Notes: generated by a model not told the origin, from the letters alone. Positions 37,103 through 45,792 are shown, counted from the stretch's first letter. The stretch: 64,000 bases of DNA from an uncultured Acidobacteriota bacterium (GCA_963734705.1 CAVTII010000015.1:400778-464777), one strand, 5' to 3'. Program-made: numbers and translations.

Positions 37103-37654
37103 TCACTGCTTTCGGTAATGAAGCGCAACACAACCTGACTTCAGAATCTTTGACTCCACAAGTTTCAATTGTAGTTTCTCGGGCAGGCTACTACCCTCCA
37201 ACAGGTGTCTCCCTTTCCCTGCAACTATTGGCTGAACGACAAAATGAAATTCATCAACCAGACCAAGCTCAACCAGTTGGGAAGGAATACTTACACCGCC
37301 GACCAAAATATTCTTGCCAGGCCGCTGTTTCAATTTAAGCATCTCGTCTTGCAGCTTCGCGCGAACAATTCTTGTATTTCCTTCGGCAGTTTCTAAGGAT
37401 TGCGAGAAAACGACTTTGTTTAAGGAGTCGAATGTTCGGGCAAATTCGTTCTCTGCTTTTGTCCCAGACTGGTTTTTTGCGATATCCGGCCAATAAGGAA
37501 CCATCAATTGATAGGTTTTACGCCCATAGACGAGCAGGTCGGTATCCCGCAGGAGCAGCGTGAAGTGTTCGAGTAATTCTTTATCGGCATTTGTAATGGT
37601 GTGGTCGCAGCAGCCATCCAGGGTAATGTTGATTGCGAAGATTAGGTTTCTCAT
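37103..37654 (-). CDS. dihydrofolate reductase-like (RibD C-terminal domain) family protein
   Basis: MRNLIFAINITLDGCCDH...LLVYGRKTYQLMVPYWP...NILVGGVSIPSQLVELGLVDEFHFVVQPIVAGKG. Clearly lower GC than the flanks. Confidence 0.8.
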   Translation of the reverse strand: MRNLIFAINITLDGCCDHTITNADKELLEHFTLLLRDTDLLVYGRKTYQLMVPYWPDIAKNQSGTKAENEFARTFDSLNKVVFSQSLETAEGNTRIVRAKLQDEMLKLKQRPGKNILVGGVSIPSQLVELGLVDEFHFVVQPIVAGKGRHLLEGSSLPEKLQLKLVESKILKSGCVALHYRKQ

Positions 37655-37804
37655 TCCCGCCTCGGATCAAGCAGCATGGTGTTCGAACATGGAAACAATA
37701 ATCCCGGACCGCGCGCGATTCCAACAGAAAGATTGAGTGGAAAAGCCGTGGTGGTTCGTGGGCCGGTGGAGTTCGCGCGTTCGCCGGAGAGTAGGTCACC
37801 AAAG

Positions 37805-37828
37805 GCTGACATGAAAGTCAGCGCTATA
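37805..37828 (+). repeat. REP family c (GCTGAC-ATGAAA-GTCAGC + GCTATA)
   Basis: Hairpin plus a degenerate tail. Confidence 0.7.
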
Positions 37829-37874
37829 TTTTGGCCGATCGGTCTGGGTTGGCGGGTCGGGCGGTCGGAAATGG

Positions 37875-37906
37875 AAAAAGGCGGCCCTTGATCTGGCCGC
37901 CTTTTT
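37875..37906 (-). terminator. rho-independent (bidirectional-looking) terminator
   Basis: AAAAAGGCGGCC-CTTGATCT-GGCCGCCTTTTT, 42 nt downstream of the minus-strand stop at 37948. Confidence 0.8.
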
Positions 37907-37947
37907 GGTTTGGGAGGAGTGGGATCGGTTGTTTGCGTTCGCTAGCG

Positions 37948-38376
37948 TTAACGGTGACCGCCGCCGTGGTACGAGGCGCCGCCGTGGTGGGCGGAGTTGC
38001 CGTGGAAATTGGTGCTGGCGTGGTAGTTGCCGCCGACGTAGCCGCGGGCTACTGGGGCGTGATAGACCGCGTGAGGCGCGTAGACGGGGCGGCCGTAGTA
38101 ACGGTTTCCGTAGTAAGGATGGCCGTAGTAGCCGTGATACCAGGGACCGGCGCCGATGAAGACGCCATTCGCGAAGTAGTTGGCGCCGTAATATCCGTAG
38201 GGCGCGCAGGCGTAAGGATAATAACCGTAGTAACCGTAGGCGCAGGCAGGGGCGGCCCCAACCGCGACTCCAACGGGACCAACTCCGATGCCAACACCGA
38301 CGCGAACTTGGGCGTTCGCGTTTCCAGCGGCGAAGAGAAGAATTCCCAACAAGGCTGCATATTTCAGGTATCGCAT
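37948..38376 (-). CDS. secreted Gly/Tyr/His-rich low-complexity protein
   Basis: Signal peptide MRYLKYAALLGILLFAAGNANAQ, then YGYYGYYPYACAPYGYYGANY...WYHGYYGHPYYGNRYYGRP...HHGGASYHGGGHR. Confidence 0.7.
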   Translation of the reverse strand: MRYLKYAALLGILLFAAGNANAQVRVGVGIGVGPVGVAVGAAPACAYGYYGYYPYACAPYGYYGANYFANGVFIGAGPWYHGYYGHPYYGNRYYGRPVYAPHAVYHAPVARGYVGGNYHASTNFHGNSAHHGGASYHGGGHR

Positions 38377-38550
38377 GGTGTCCCTCGATTCCGGTCCCGG
38401 TTAAGTGGTGCTGATCCTGGCCGGAGAGCTTGTCCGGTTGGTGCCGGTAAGCTGCTTACATTCGATTAAACACGGGGGTGGGGGAAGAGTTTTGATTTAT
38501 CGGTATGTGGTGTTTTATCAGTTGGTTATGGGTGGTTTGGAGAGAGAAGG

Positions 38551-38638
38551 TGGCGCGCCTACGGCGCTTTCGGCGTTTGGAGAGGGATTACCCCGGGCTT
38601 GCGCCCGCGGCTAGATTGTGGCGCGCCTCCGGCGCTGG
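38551..38638 (+). repeat. ~86-bp three-hairpin repeat (family as 28123)
   Basis: TGGCGCGCCTACGGCGCT...CCCCGGGCTTGCGCCCGCGGCTAGATTGTGGCGCGCCTCCGGCGCTGG. Confidence 0.7.
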
Positions 38639-38643
38639 GGAGG

Positions 38644-38684
38644 GGCGGAAAGGCGGAAAGACGGAAAGACGGAAAGACGGAAGA
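38644..38684 (+). repeat. tandem 8-mer (G/A)(G/A)CGGAAA x5
   Basis: GGCGGAAAGGCGGAAAGACGGAAAGACGGAAAGACGGAAG. Confidence 0.85.
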
Positions 38685-38717
38685 GCGGCCCGCTCGGGGC
38701 GAGCTGGAGCCGAGATT

Positions 38718-38773
38718 GCCTGCAAGATGCAAGCGCTACCGGCGGGGGAGCTGACATGAATGTTAGCGCTACA
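38718..38773 (+). repeat. adjacent REP family e (GCCTGCAAGATGCAAGC+GCTACC) and family c (GCTGACATGAATGTTAGC+GCTACA) copies
   Basis: Two hairpin-CTAC units 10 nt apart. Confidence 0.75.
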
Positions 38774-38865
38774 TTGAGTCGTGCGGGGCTGGATTGACGG
38801 ATAGGGGTAGATTGGGGAGGAGCGGCCCGCCTTCGTCGCGAAAGGCGCGGCTACGGCGGGGAGCG

Positions 38866-39870
38866 TTAGAGCTCGACGATGAGTTTGCCTATGTTTTCGC
38901 CGCGGAAGAGCATGTTGATGGCTTCGGGGGCTTTTTCGAGGCCGTGAACGAGGGTTTGGCGGTCTTTGAGTTTGCCGGTCATTTTCCACATGCCGAGTTT
39001 CTGGCCGACTTCCATAAAGCGGGAAATGTAATCGAGAATGAGGAAGCCTTCGACGCGAAGGCGCTTGATGATGATCTGGCCAAAGCTGGCCAGACCGGGA
39101 TCGTGTTTGGTGTAGCCAGAAATGAGGCCGCAGAGAACGACGCGGCCGTGGAGATTCATGCGGTCGAGGACGGCTTGCATGATTTCGCCGCCGACGTTTT
39201 CGAAGTCGATGTCCACGCCTTTCGGGGTTGCGGCGGCGAGTTGGGCTTTCCAGTCGGGATGCTTGTAGTTGATGGCGGCGTCGAAGCCGAGATCGTCTTT
39301 AATCCATTTACATTTTTCATCGGTGCCGGCAATGCCGACGACGTGGCAGCCGTGAATTTTGCCGAGCTGGCCGACGATGCTGCCGGTGGCTCCGGCGGCG
39401 GCGGAGACGACGAGCGTTTCGCCGGACTTGGGCTGGCCGACTTCGATGAGGCCGAAGTAGGCAGTGAGGCCGTTGACGCCGAGAAGGTTGAGGAAATTGG
39501 TGTCCGATAGAAATGGAATCGAGGGGAGTTTTTGGAAGCTTCGTTTCTCGGCGCCGGTGATGAGAACGTATTCCTGAAGGCCGGTGAGGCCGGAAACTTT
39601 ATCTCCCTTTTTGTAGTCGGGATGGCGGGATTCGACGATTTCCGCGAGGCCGAAGGAACGCATGACTTCGCCGATCTGGACGGGAGGCATGTACTGGGGG
39701 AAATCGGTCATCCAAACGCGCATGGTGGGATCGATGGAGAGATATTTTACTTTGGCGAGGGCTTGGCCTTCGGCGACGGTGGGGATGGGGGATTCGGTGA
39801 GTTGGAGGACGTCAGGAGTGATGAGGCCGGTTGGGCGGGTGGAGAGTTTCCATTGACGGTTGGTGGGCAT
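38866..39870 (-). CDS. NADP-dependent oxidoreductase, medium-chain dehydrogenase/reductase family (YncB/CurA-like)
   Basis: 334 aa. Cofactor motif VSAAAGATGSIVGQLGK. Overall pattern of alkenal/one oxidoreductases. Confidence 0.8.
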   Translation of the reverse strand: MPTNRQWKLSTRPTGLITPDVLQLTESPIPTVAEGQALAKVKYLSIDPTMRVWMTDFPQYMPPVQIGEVMRSFGLAEIVESRHPDYKKGDKVSGLTGLQEYVLITGAEKRSFQKLPSIPFLSDTNFLNLLGVNGLTAYFGLIEVGQPKSGETLVVSAAAGATGSIVGQLGKIHGCHVVGIAGTDEKCKWIKDDLGFDAAINYKHPDWKAQLAAATPKGVDIDFENVGGEIMQAVLDRMNLHGRVVLCGLISGYTKHDPGLASFGQIIIKRLRVEGFLILDYISRFMEVGQKLGMWKMTGKLKDRQTLVHGLEKAPEAINMLFRGENIGKLIVEL

Positions 39871-39980
39871 GGGGAAAGAGTAGGGAAGGAGGGAGAGGAA
39901 GTAAAGGAGGGGATTAGAAATTCAAAATTCGAAATTCGCGAGGAGAAGAGGGGCCGCATCGGAATGCGCGGCCCCTGCTT

Positions 39981-40003
39981 GCCTGCAAGATGCAGGCGCT
40001 ACC
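39981..40003 (+). repeat. REP family e (GCCTGCA-AGA-TGCAGGC + GCTACC)
   Basis: Perfect 7-bp stem. Confidence 0.8.
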
Positions 40004-40030
40004 AAAAAGGTAAAGGAACGGAGAAGAGAA

Positions 40031-40057
40031 GAGGGCACGATGTATCGTGCCACTACA
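40031..40057 (+). repeat. REP family b
   Basis: GAGGGCACGATGTATCGTGCCACTACA. Confidence 0.8.
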
Positions 40058-40065
40058 GATTTGGG

Positions 40066-40707
40066 TTAGGGGGTTTTTAGGAGGCGCATCAGGTCGGCGG
40101 CGGATTTGGTGGCTTTTTTGATTTGGGAGACGCTGCGGACGCCGTTGTGGGCAGAGTCAAGCTGATCGGTGAGTATGTCTGCGTTGGCGTTGATGACGCA
40201 GAGGAGATTATTGATGGCGTGAGAGATGGCGTCGAGCTTGGAAGAAGGAAGACGGTCCATTCCCGCGGCGGTTTGTTCAAGAGGAAGTGTCATGTGCGTG
40301 CCCTTTCGATAAGACAGTCGAAGCGTGGCGCTGTTGATCGCGGTGACGACGGCGTGCTGCAGGGAAGCGGCGGAGACGTCCGCGAGAACAATGGAACAGG
40401 CGGCGCCTGCTTGCGAGGCTGCGAACTGGAATTGGGGATCGGCGATGGGGAGCAGAGCGATGAGTGGAACAGAACCCAGCCCGTCGTGGAGCTTCCGGGC
40501 GGCCAGAAGCTCCTGCGCGGACGGGTGGCTGAGGTCAAGCAAAAGAGCTTGCCACTCCTCGGAATCTAAGCGACGTAGAGCGTCGCGAAGAGACGGAGAT
40601 CGGTGAATCTGAAAAGGCGCGGAGGGCGACTCGACGATGGTTTGCGAAAGCTTGAGCCAAAATGGGAGCTCCCCCAGGAACAGCACTTGCGAACTTGCGT
40701 TTGACAT
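40066..40707 (-). CDS. degenerate receiver-like domain fused to a stand-alone HisKA/DHp helix pair (no ATPase domain)
   Basis: The REC-like segment runs from VLFLGELP to ALLLDLSHP to IALLP and lacks the acidic pair and the conserved Lys. The C-terminal H-box is LDAISHAINNLLCVINANADIL. The protein ends ~45 aa later with no N/G1/G2 boxes. Confidence 0.65.
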   Translation of the reverse strand: MSNASSQVLFLGELPFWLKLSQTIVESPSAPFQIHRSPSLRDALRRLDSEEWQALLLDLSHPSAQELLAARKLHDGLGSVPLIALLPIADPQFQFAASQAGAACSIVLADVSAASLQHAVVTAINSATLRLSYRKGTHMTLPLEQTAAGMDRLPSSKLDAISHAINNLLCVINANADILTDQLDSAHNGVRSVSQIKKATKSAADLMRLLKTP

Positions 40708-40823
40708 CTTTCGTTCTGACCACTCCTAACTTTGACCCGCTCGATTGCCGGGGATGCATACACATCCAGCAAACTGCGGAGATTCCGAGCGCAGACCACG
40801 CGCAAAATCGTCGGGGACACACC

Positions 40824-41213
40824 TTACAAAACGGACTCCGGGAACAAACGGCGAATTTCCAGCAGTAGGCCGTCCGGAAGACGGCTTTTGGCGATAAAAC
40901 AATCCGCGCCATGGCTACGGCACTCTTCTTCGAGAGTGGGGCCGTTGATTTCGGAATAGATGATGACGCGCAACGCCGGAAGTGAACGGCGAAGCTCTTG
41001 GGCCGCCTGCAGGCCGTTGAGACGCGGCATTCGGAAATCGAGAAGCGCGAGATCCGGCTGGTGACGCGAAGCCATTTGGACGGCGTTCATGCCGTCGCTG
41101 GCAGTGCAGACCACGTCAAAGCCGCCCGCAAATTCCAGATAGTCACAGACGGATCTGAGGGCCGTGGGCGAATCATCGGCAATCAGGACGCGAATGGGAC
41201 TGGCGGGCGACAT
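40824..41213 (-). CDS. single-domain response regulator (CheY-like)
   Basis: IRVLIADDSPTALRSV...PDLALLDFRMPRLNG...VIIYSE...ADCFIAKS. Confidence 0.9.
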   Translation of the reverse strand: MSPASPIRVLIADDSPTALRSVCDYLEFAGGFDVVCTASDGMNAVQMASRHQPDLALLDFRMPRLNGLQAAQELRRSLPALRVIIYSEINGPTLEEECRSHGADCFIAKSRLPDGLLLEIRRLFPESVL

Positions 41214-41427
41214 TGCTACTCCGAGGCGGAATTTATTAAAGCGTGTTAATAGTGGGGGAAAAGAGGGGTTGGGGAAATTGGGGAGATTGCGTAGTGAAAA
41301 AGCACTAGAAGATAGCCGTAAGCTTTAAGCCGTAAGCTATTAGTCAAAAGCCCTGAGCTTTAAGTTTTGGGACGGTAGTTTTTTGCTTCTGGCCTTCAGC
41401 AGCGGGGAAACAGAGCGGAACAGAACG

Positions 41428-41522
41428 GCGGGCCGCATCCCTCCTTCGGCGGGCAGGCGGAATGCGGGGCCCTGACTTGCCTGCCCTTCGACGCTCAGGG
41501 TACACAAGATGCAGGCGTTACG
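41428..41522 (+). repeat. composite repeat block (GGCGGGCCGCATCC...GGAATGCGGGGCCC; CCCTTCGACGCTCAGGGTACACAAGATGCAGGCGTTAC)
   Basis: Same modules as 28331..28425 and 29763..29855. Confidence 0.7.
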
Positions 41523-41550
41523 AAGAGCGGGCTTGCGGCTTGCGTTGCGG

Positions 41551-42192
41551 CTAGGTGTGGATGATTTTGTTGCGGATGGCGTACATGACCAGGTCGGCTA
41601 GGGAGTGGAAGTCGAGTTTTAGCATGATGTTGGCGCGGTGGGCTTCGGCGGTGTTGACGCTGATGTTGAGGAGGCTGGCGACCTCTTTGTTGGATTTGCC
41701 TTCGGCGAGGAGTTGAAGGATTTCGCGTTCGCGCGGGGTCAGGCGGGAGCGCGAGGATTTGGCGGGATCGGAGGGGCCGGCGCCATCGGCGGCATCGGAG
41801 ACGCGCGTGGAGAAATAGGGTTTGTGCTGGCGGAGAGCGTCGACGGCGGCGAGGAGCACGCGGTCGGCTTCGTCCTTGAGGATGTAGCCGCGGGCGCCTG
41901 CTTCGACGACCTGCTGAACGAGTTCATCGGACTGGTGCATGGTGAGGATCAGGATTTCGCAATTCGGAAGGGCTTTGTGAATGCGGCGGGCGGCTTCGAC
42001 GCCGTTTAAAAGCGGCATGCCGATATCGAGGATCAGAATATCGGGCTTGAACTTGGCGGCTTTTTCGACCGCTTCGCGGCCGTCCGAGGCTTCGGCACAA
42101 ACTTCCCATCCTTTATGAGATTCAAGTAAAGCACGAAGGCCGGCGCGCACCACAGCGTGATCATCCGCGATGAGAAGGCGTAGAAGGTTCAT
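41551..42192 (-). CDS. NarL/LuxR-family response regulator (REC + HTH)
   Basis: Start chosen at MNLLRLLIADDHAVVRAGL. Motifs: ILILDIGMPLLNG, and the HTH region LTPREREILQLLAEGKSNKEVASLLNISVNTAEAHRANIMLKL. Confidence 0.9.
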   Translation of the reverse strand: MNLLRLLIADDHAVVRAGLRALLESHKGWEVCAEASDGREAVEKAAKFKPDILILDIGMPLLNGVEAARRIHKALPNCEILILTMHQSDELVQQVVEAGARGYILKDEADRVLLAAVDALRQHKPYFSTRVSDAADGAGPSDPAKSSRSRLTPREREILQLLAEGKSNKEVASLLNISVNTAEAHRANIMLKLDFHSLADLVMYAIRNKIIHT

Positions 42193-45100
42193 AGAAAGCG
42201 TCCTTGAGGGCGGGGGCGGAGAGGAAAATGCGGGCGCGAACGGTGGTGCCACGGGTATCGGAATCAATCTCGAGATAGCCACCGAGCTGTACCATGCGTT
42301 CGCGCATGCCGGGAATGCCAACACCCAAGCGGGGAGGACGCGGAGGTTCGCCGTTGTGAGGAATGGACATGCCGTGACCGTAGTCGGTGATTTCGAGAGT
42401 AACCGCTTCGGAGTCTTCTTGGAGAGAAACTTTTGCCTTTTTGCTGCCGGAGTGGCGCTGGATGTTGGACAAGCTTTCCTGGGTGATACGGAAGAAAGCG
42501 GTTTCGGCCATTTGCGGGAGGCGGCGGAAGCGAGGCGGCAGGTCGAGCGAAGTGTCGATGCCGCTGCGCTCGCTGAAGCCGTTGACATATTCCTTGAGGG
42601 CGGTGACCAGGCCGAGATCGTCCAGCAGCGGTGGATGTAAAAGATAGGAAAGGGTGCGAATTTCGCGGGACATCTGCTGGAGAAGTTCGCGGGCTTTATC
42701 GAGGGCGCGCTTGGAGGTATCCGTGAGCGGCTGGCCGGAGTGGCGGAGTTGCGCGAGGCTGAGGTTGACGGCGAGAACGGTTTGCGCCATGCCGTCGTGC
42801 AGTTCGCGGCCGATGCGGCGGCGTTCTTCGTCCTGGAGTTTGAGGAGTTCGGTGGAGAGTTGATGAATGGAGCGCTCCGCGTTTTTCATCTCGGTGATGT
42901 CGGAAAAAGAAGTGATCACGCGGAGGATGGAGCCGCCGGGACCGAACTGGGGAACGGCGTTGCCAAAAATCCAGAAAGGGTCCTGGGATTTCGGGCGGCG
43001 CCAGCCCATGACGATGTTGCGCACGGGAAGTTTGGTGCGTAAGACAGTGGGGGCGGGGAGATTTTCGGGGGCAATGACGCGGCCGGTGAGGTCCACGGGA
43101 GTGAAACCGGTGTCCATGGAGTGGCGGCCCTGCATCATTTCGAGCGTGAGGTCGAACATGGCAAGCGCGGCTTCGTTGGCGAACTGGATGGTGGCATCCG
43201 GGTTGTGGAGCACCACACCGACGTGGAGATCGCGGACGAGCGTGCGGAAACGTTCCTCGCTTTCACGAAGGGCATCGAGCACGCGGCGCTGTTCGGTGAG
43301 ATTGGTGAGGGAAAGAAGAATGGCGTTTACTTCGCCGGCGGCGTTGATTTGCGGAACGGCATCGAGAAGGGTCCAGACAATTTCGCGGGATTTCAGATAG
43401 CGCCAGCCGATGACGCGACTGTGAATGGCCTGGCGGGAGCTGACGACAGTGGGGATGAGGCCCTCGGAATCGGGGAGGAGGGAGCCGTCCTCGTTGAGGG
43501 GTTCGATTCCCAGATCGAACGGAGTTTTCCAGAGAACGTCTTCGAGCTTCAAGCCGAACATGTCGAGCGCGGCCGGATTGGCGTAGACGATTTCGGCATT
43601 GGGGCTGGCGGAGACGATGGCCACGTGGAGGTTTTCGACAAAGGAGCGGAAACGCTTTTCACTGTCGCGCAAGGCTTCGGTGGCGCGGCGCTGTTCGGTG
43701 ACATCGGTGAGAGAAATCAGGATGCCCAGGAGTTCGCCGGAGGGGCCGTGCTGGGGGACAACGTCAATCACTGTCCATCCAAAGTCGGTATGGCCCTTCC
43801 GCCGATAGCCGACGATTTGATTGAGCGAAGCTTTGCCGGTACGCAGAACGGTGGCAACAGGACGTTCGGATTCCGGGATCGGAGTGCCGTCCTCGCGAAA
43901 GGCGTTGAGGCCAAGATCATAGATGGATTTGCCGACGAGTTGATCCTTGGGAACGCCGATGAGACTGAGGATGGCTTGATTGGCGAAGAGAATTTTTGCG
44001 TTGGCGTCACACGTGACGATGCCAACGTGAACGTCGTTGACGAGGGTGCGGAAGCGCTCTTCGCTATTGCGGATCAGGTCTTCAGCGGCCTTGCGATCGG
44101 TGATATCGCGGACGACGATAAGCGAGCACTGCTGGCGGTCAAGAGTGATCAGTGAGCCGGAAAGCTGTCCGGTGCGGTTCTGCCCGGATTTTGTACGGAA
44201 AATAAATTCCAGATTGTGGACTTCGCCGTGTTGCCGGAGGTCTTGAAGGAATTGCTGGCGGGCGGGCGCCGAGACCCAGAGGCCGAGGTCGACAGGATTT
44301 TTGTTGAGAACTTCCTCGCGGGAATAGCCAGTGAGTTGCGTATAACCGTCGTTGACTTCGAGATAATTTCCCTCGGGAAACGTGCTGATGGAGAAGCCGT
44401 CTGGACTATTGCGGAAGGCGGTGAAAAATATCTGCTCGGAGCGGTGCAGGGCCCGTTCGGTGGCGAGGAGATTATCGGAGATGCGGCGCTGGCGGCGATT
44501 GGTGAGGATGAGCCGGATAGAGGAACAAAGGACCGAGGCGGCAACGATGGGCCAGGCGAGAAAGCCGTGCTCGCGGGCAACGGCGCCAGCCAGGAGGATG
44601 ACAAGCAAGGGCATCACGATGGGAAATAACTGTGAGCCGAGGAAGCGGTCCACGCGCGTGGGAGAAGCCGGAAATGGGGCGGGGTCGCGCTCTTTCCAAG
44701 ATGCGGCGAGGCAAATGATCAGCACGTAGGGGAGCATCCACAACAGATCGCCCCAGGTGGCATCGCCGGTGGCGGCGGCGAGGGTGATCAGATAGGTGGA
44801 ATCGGCGGCGACCGAGGCCAGGAAGGTGAGGGCGAGGACGAGCGAGAAGATGCGAAACCAGTGGGGAGACGCGCCGCGCGAGCGGAACAGGAACGCGAAG
44901 GCAATCAACAGATCGCGGACGATATAGACGAACAGGATGCCGCGGACGAGGGCGATCTGGTCTGATTCCCAGCGTGCCGTGAAATAGAAGAAATAGAGAT
45001 AGGCGGCGAGTGCGACGATGGCGATTTGCACGAAGTCCAAGACGCGGAGGAAATCGAGTCCGGCAGTCTGCTCCTCAGAGCGGGGAAGCAGGATCATGAT

Positions 45101-45460
45101 TACCGGGGCGGCCCAGACGAACATGAAGATATCCGAGGGTTCCGCGTTCATCGTAGAGCCTGGGACGAAGCTCTGATAATAGGTGCTGAGAATCATGCCG
45201 CAGGATTCCAGGGAGAATGCTATGCCGAGCAGGAGCCAGATCTGGCGAACGTAGCCGGAGGCACGAACAGCGACGTAGTAACAGACGGCGGCGGCGAGAA
45301 GGAGGACGAAGGTGTCCAGTGCGTTGGAAAGCAGGAGGCGGGCGAAGCGGGATTGTACGAACTCGAGATCGTAAATGAGGAGGAGAGCCGCGGTGATGGC
45401 GGCGAATAGGGCAAAACGAGGAAACTTGCCAGAGGGTAGCAAGCTGACCTCTCCTGGCAC
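42161..45460 (-). CDS. sensor histidine kinase: multi-TM sensor, four PAS domains, HisKA_3, HATPase_c
   Basis: The N-terminus has ~8 hydrophobic segments. There are four PAS repeats, each ending in ...DITE/DVTEQRR. H-box: ERRRIGRELHDGMAQ. ATPase: ESLSNIQRHS, DYGHGM. It overlaps the response-regulator start by 32 nt. The start (GTG) is uncertain. Confidence 0.9.
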   Translation of the reverse strand: MPGEVSLLPSGKFPRFALFAAITAALLLIYDLEFVQSRFARLLLSNALDTFVLLLAAAVCYYVAVRASGYVRQIWLLLGIAFSLESCGMILSTYYQSFVPGSTMNAEPSDIFMFVWAAPVIMILLPRSEEQTAGLDFLRVLDFVQIAIVALAAYLYFFYFTARWESDQIALVRGILFVYIVRDLLIAFAFLFRSRGASPHWFRIFSLVLALTFLASVAADSTYLITLAAATGDATWGDLLWMLPYVLIICLAASWKERDPAPFPASPTRVDRFLGSQLFPIVMPLLVILLAGAVAREHGFLAWPIVAASVLCSSIRLILTNRRQRRISDNLLATERALHRSEQIFFTAFRNSPDGFSISTFPEGNYLEVNDGYTQLTGYSREEVLNKNPVDLGLWVSAPARQQFLQDLRQHGEVHNLEFIFRTKSGQNRTGQLSGSLITLDRQQCSLIVVRDITDRKAAEDLIRNSEERFRTLVNDVHVGIVTCDANAKILFANQAILSLIGVPKDQLVGKSIYDLGLNAFREDGTPIPESERPVATVLRTGKASLNQIVGYRRKGHTDFGWTVIDVVPQHGPSGELLGILISLTDVTEQRRATEALRDSEKRFRSFVENLHVAIVSASPNAEIVYANPAALDMFGLKLEDVLWKTPFDLGIEPLNEDGSLLPDSEGLIPTVVSSRQAIHSRVIGWRYLKSREIVWTLLDAVPQINAAGEVNAILLSLTNLTEQRRVLDALRESEERFRTLVRDLHVGVVLHNPDATIQFANEAALAMFDLTLEMMQGRHSMDTGFTPVDLTGRVIAPENLPAPTVLRTKLPVRNIVMGWRRPKSQDPFWIFGNAVPQFGPGGSILRVITSFSDITEMKNAERSIHQLSTELLKLQDEERRRIGRELHDGMAQTVLAVNLSLAQLRHSGQPLTDTSKRALDKARELLQQMSREIRTLSYLLHPPLLDDLGLVTALKEYVNGFSERSGIDTSLDLPPRFRRLPQMAETAFFRITQESLSNIQRHSGSKKAKVSLQEDSEAVTLEITDYGHGMSIPHNGEPPRPPRLGVGIPGMRERMVQLGGYLEIDSDTRGTTVRARIFLSAPALKDAFYEPSTPSHRG

Positions 45461-45567
45461 GGACGGCGAGCCGAGCCAACTGGGGAAGATACGAGTTCAG
45501 TGTACACCACGGGGAAGAGTTGTCAGTAATCGGAAGGAGGGATCGGGGCCTTGGGATGGGGGCCTGG

Positions 45568-45628
45568 GCTGGCCAATCTGGAGATTCAACCCGCAGACTT
45601 CGCGGGTTGGTGAAGAGGTGGCGCTCCC
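45568..45628 (+). repeat. ~60-bp interspersed repeat GCTGGCCAATCTGGAGATTCAACCCGC-loop-GCGGGTTGGTGAAGAGGTGGCGCTCCC
   Basis: Copies lie at 36771/36812, 55975 and 58063. Confidence 0.8.
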
Positions 45629-45792
45629 ATGAGGAACGGCCGCCTCCCGCCTTCGCGAAAACGGCTGCGGCGGGCAAGCGGAAGGCAGGCCCTGCGGGGG
45701 GCTGAGGGGTTGGTTGAAAATTGGGTAAAGGGAGGTAACGGAGGGGTTTCGGAGGCATCGGAGAGTTAATGATGTGGATGAGGTGGGCGGTA

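Noticed and set aside
42193-42588. The 5' extension of the NarL-type regulator ORF (track ORF 41551..42588). Similar N-terminal extensions occur at 5185..6666, 29733..29906, 31182..31274 and 13871..14956.
   Set aside because: The extensions overlap neighbouring genes or repeat modules and lack a protein-like composition. Internal starts with SD-like sequences give canonical N-termini.
43493-43512. A GGTTCGATTCC string resembling a tRNA T-arm.
   Set aside because: It lies inside the PAS region of the kinase CDS, no acceptor or anticodon arms can be drawn around it, and no other tRNA-like structure is seen in the window.
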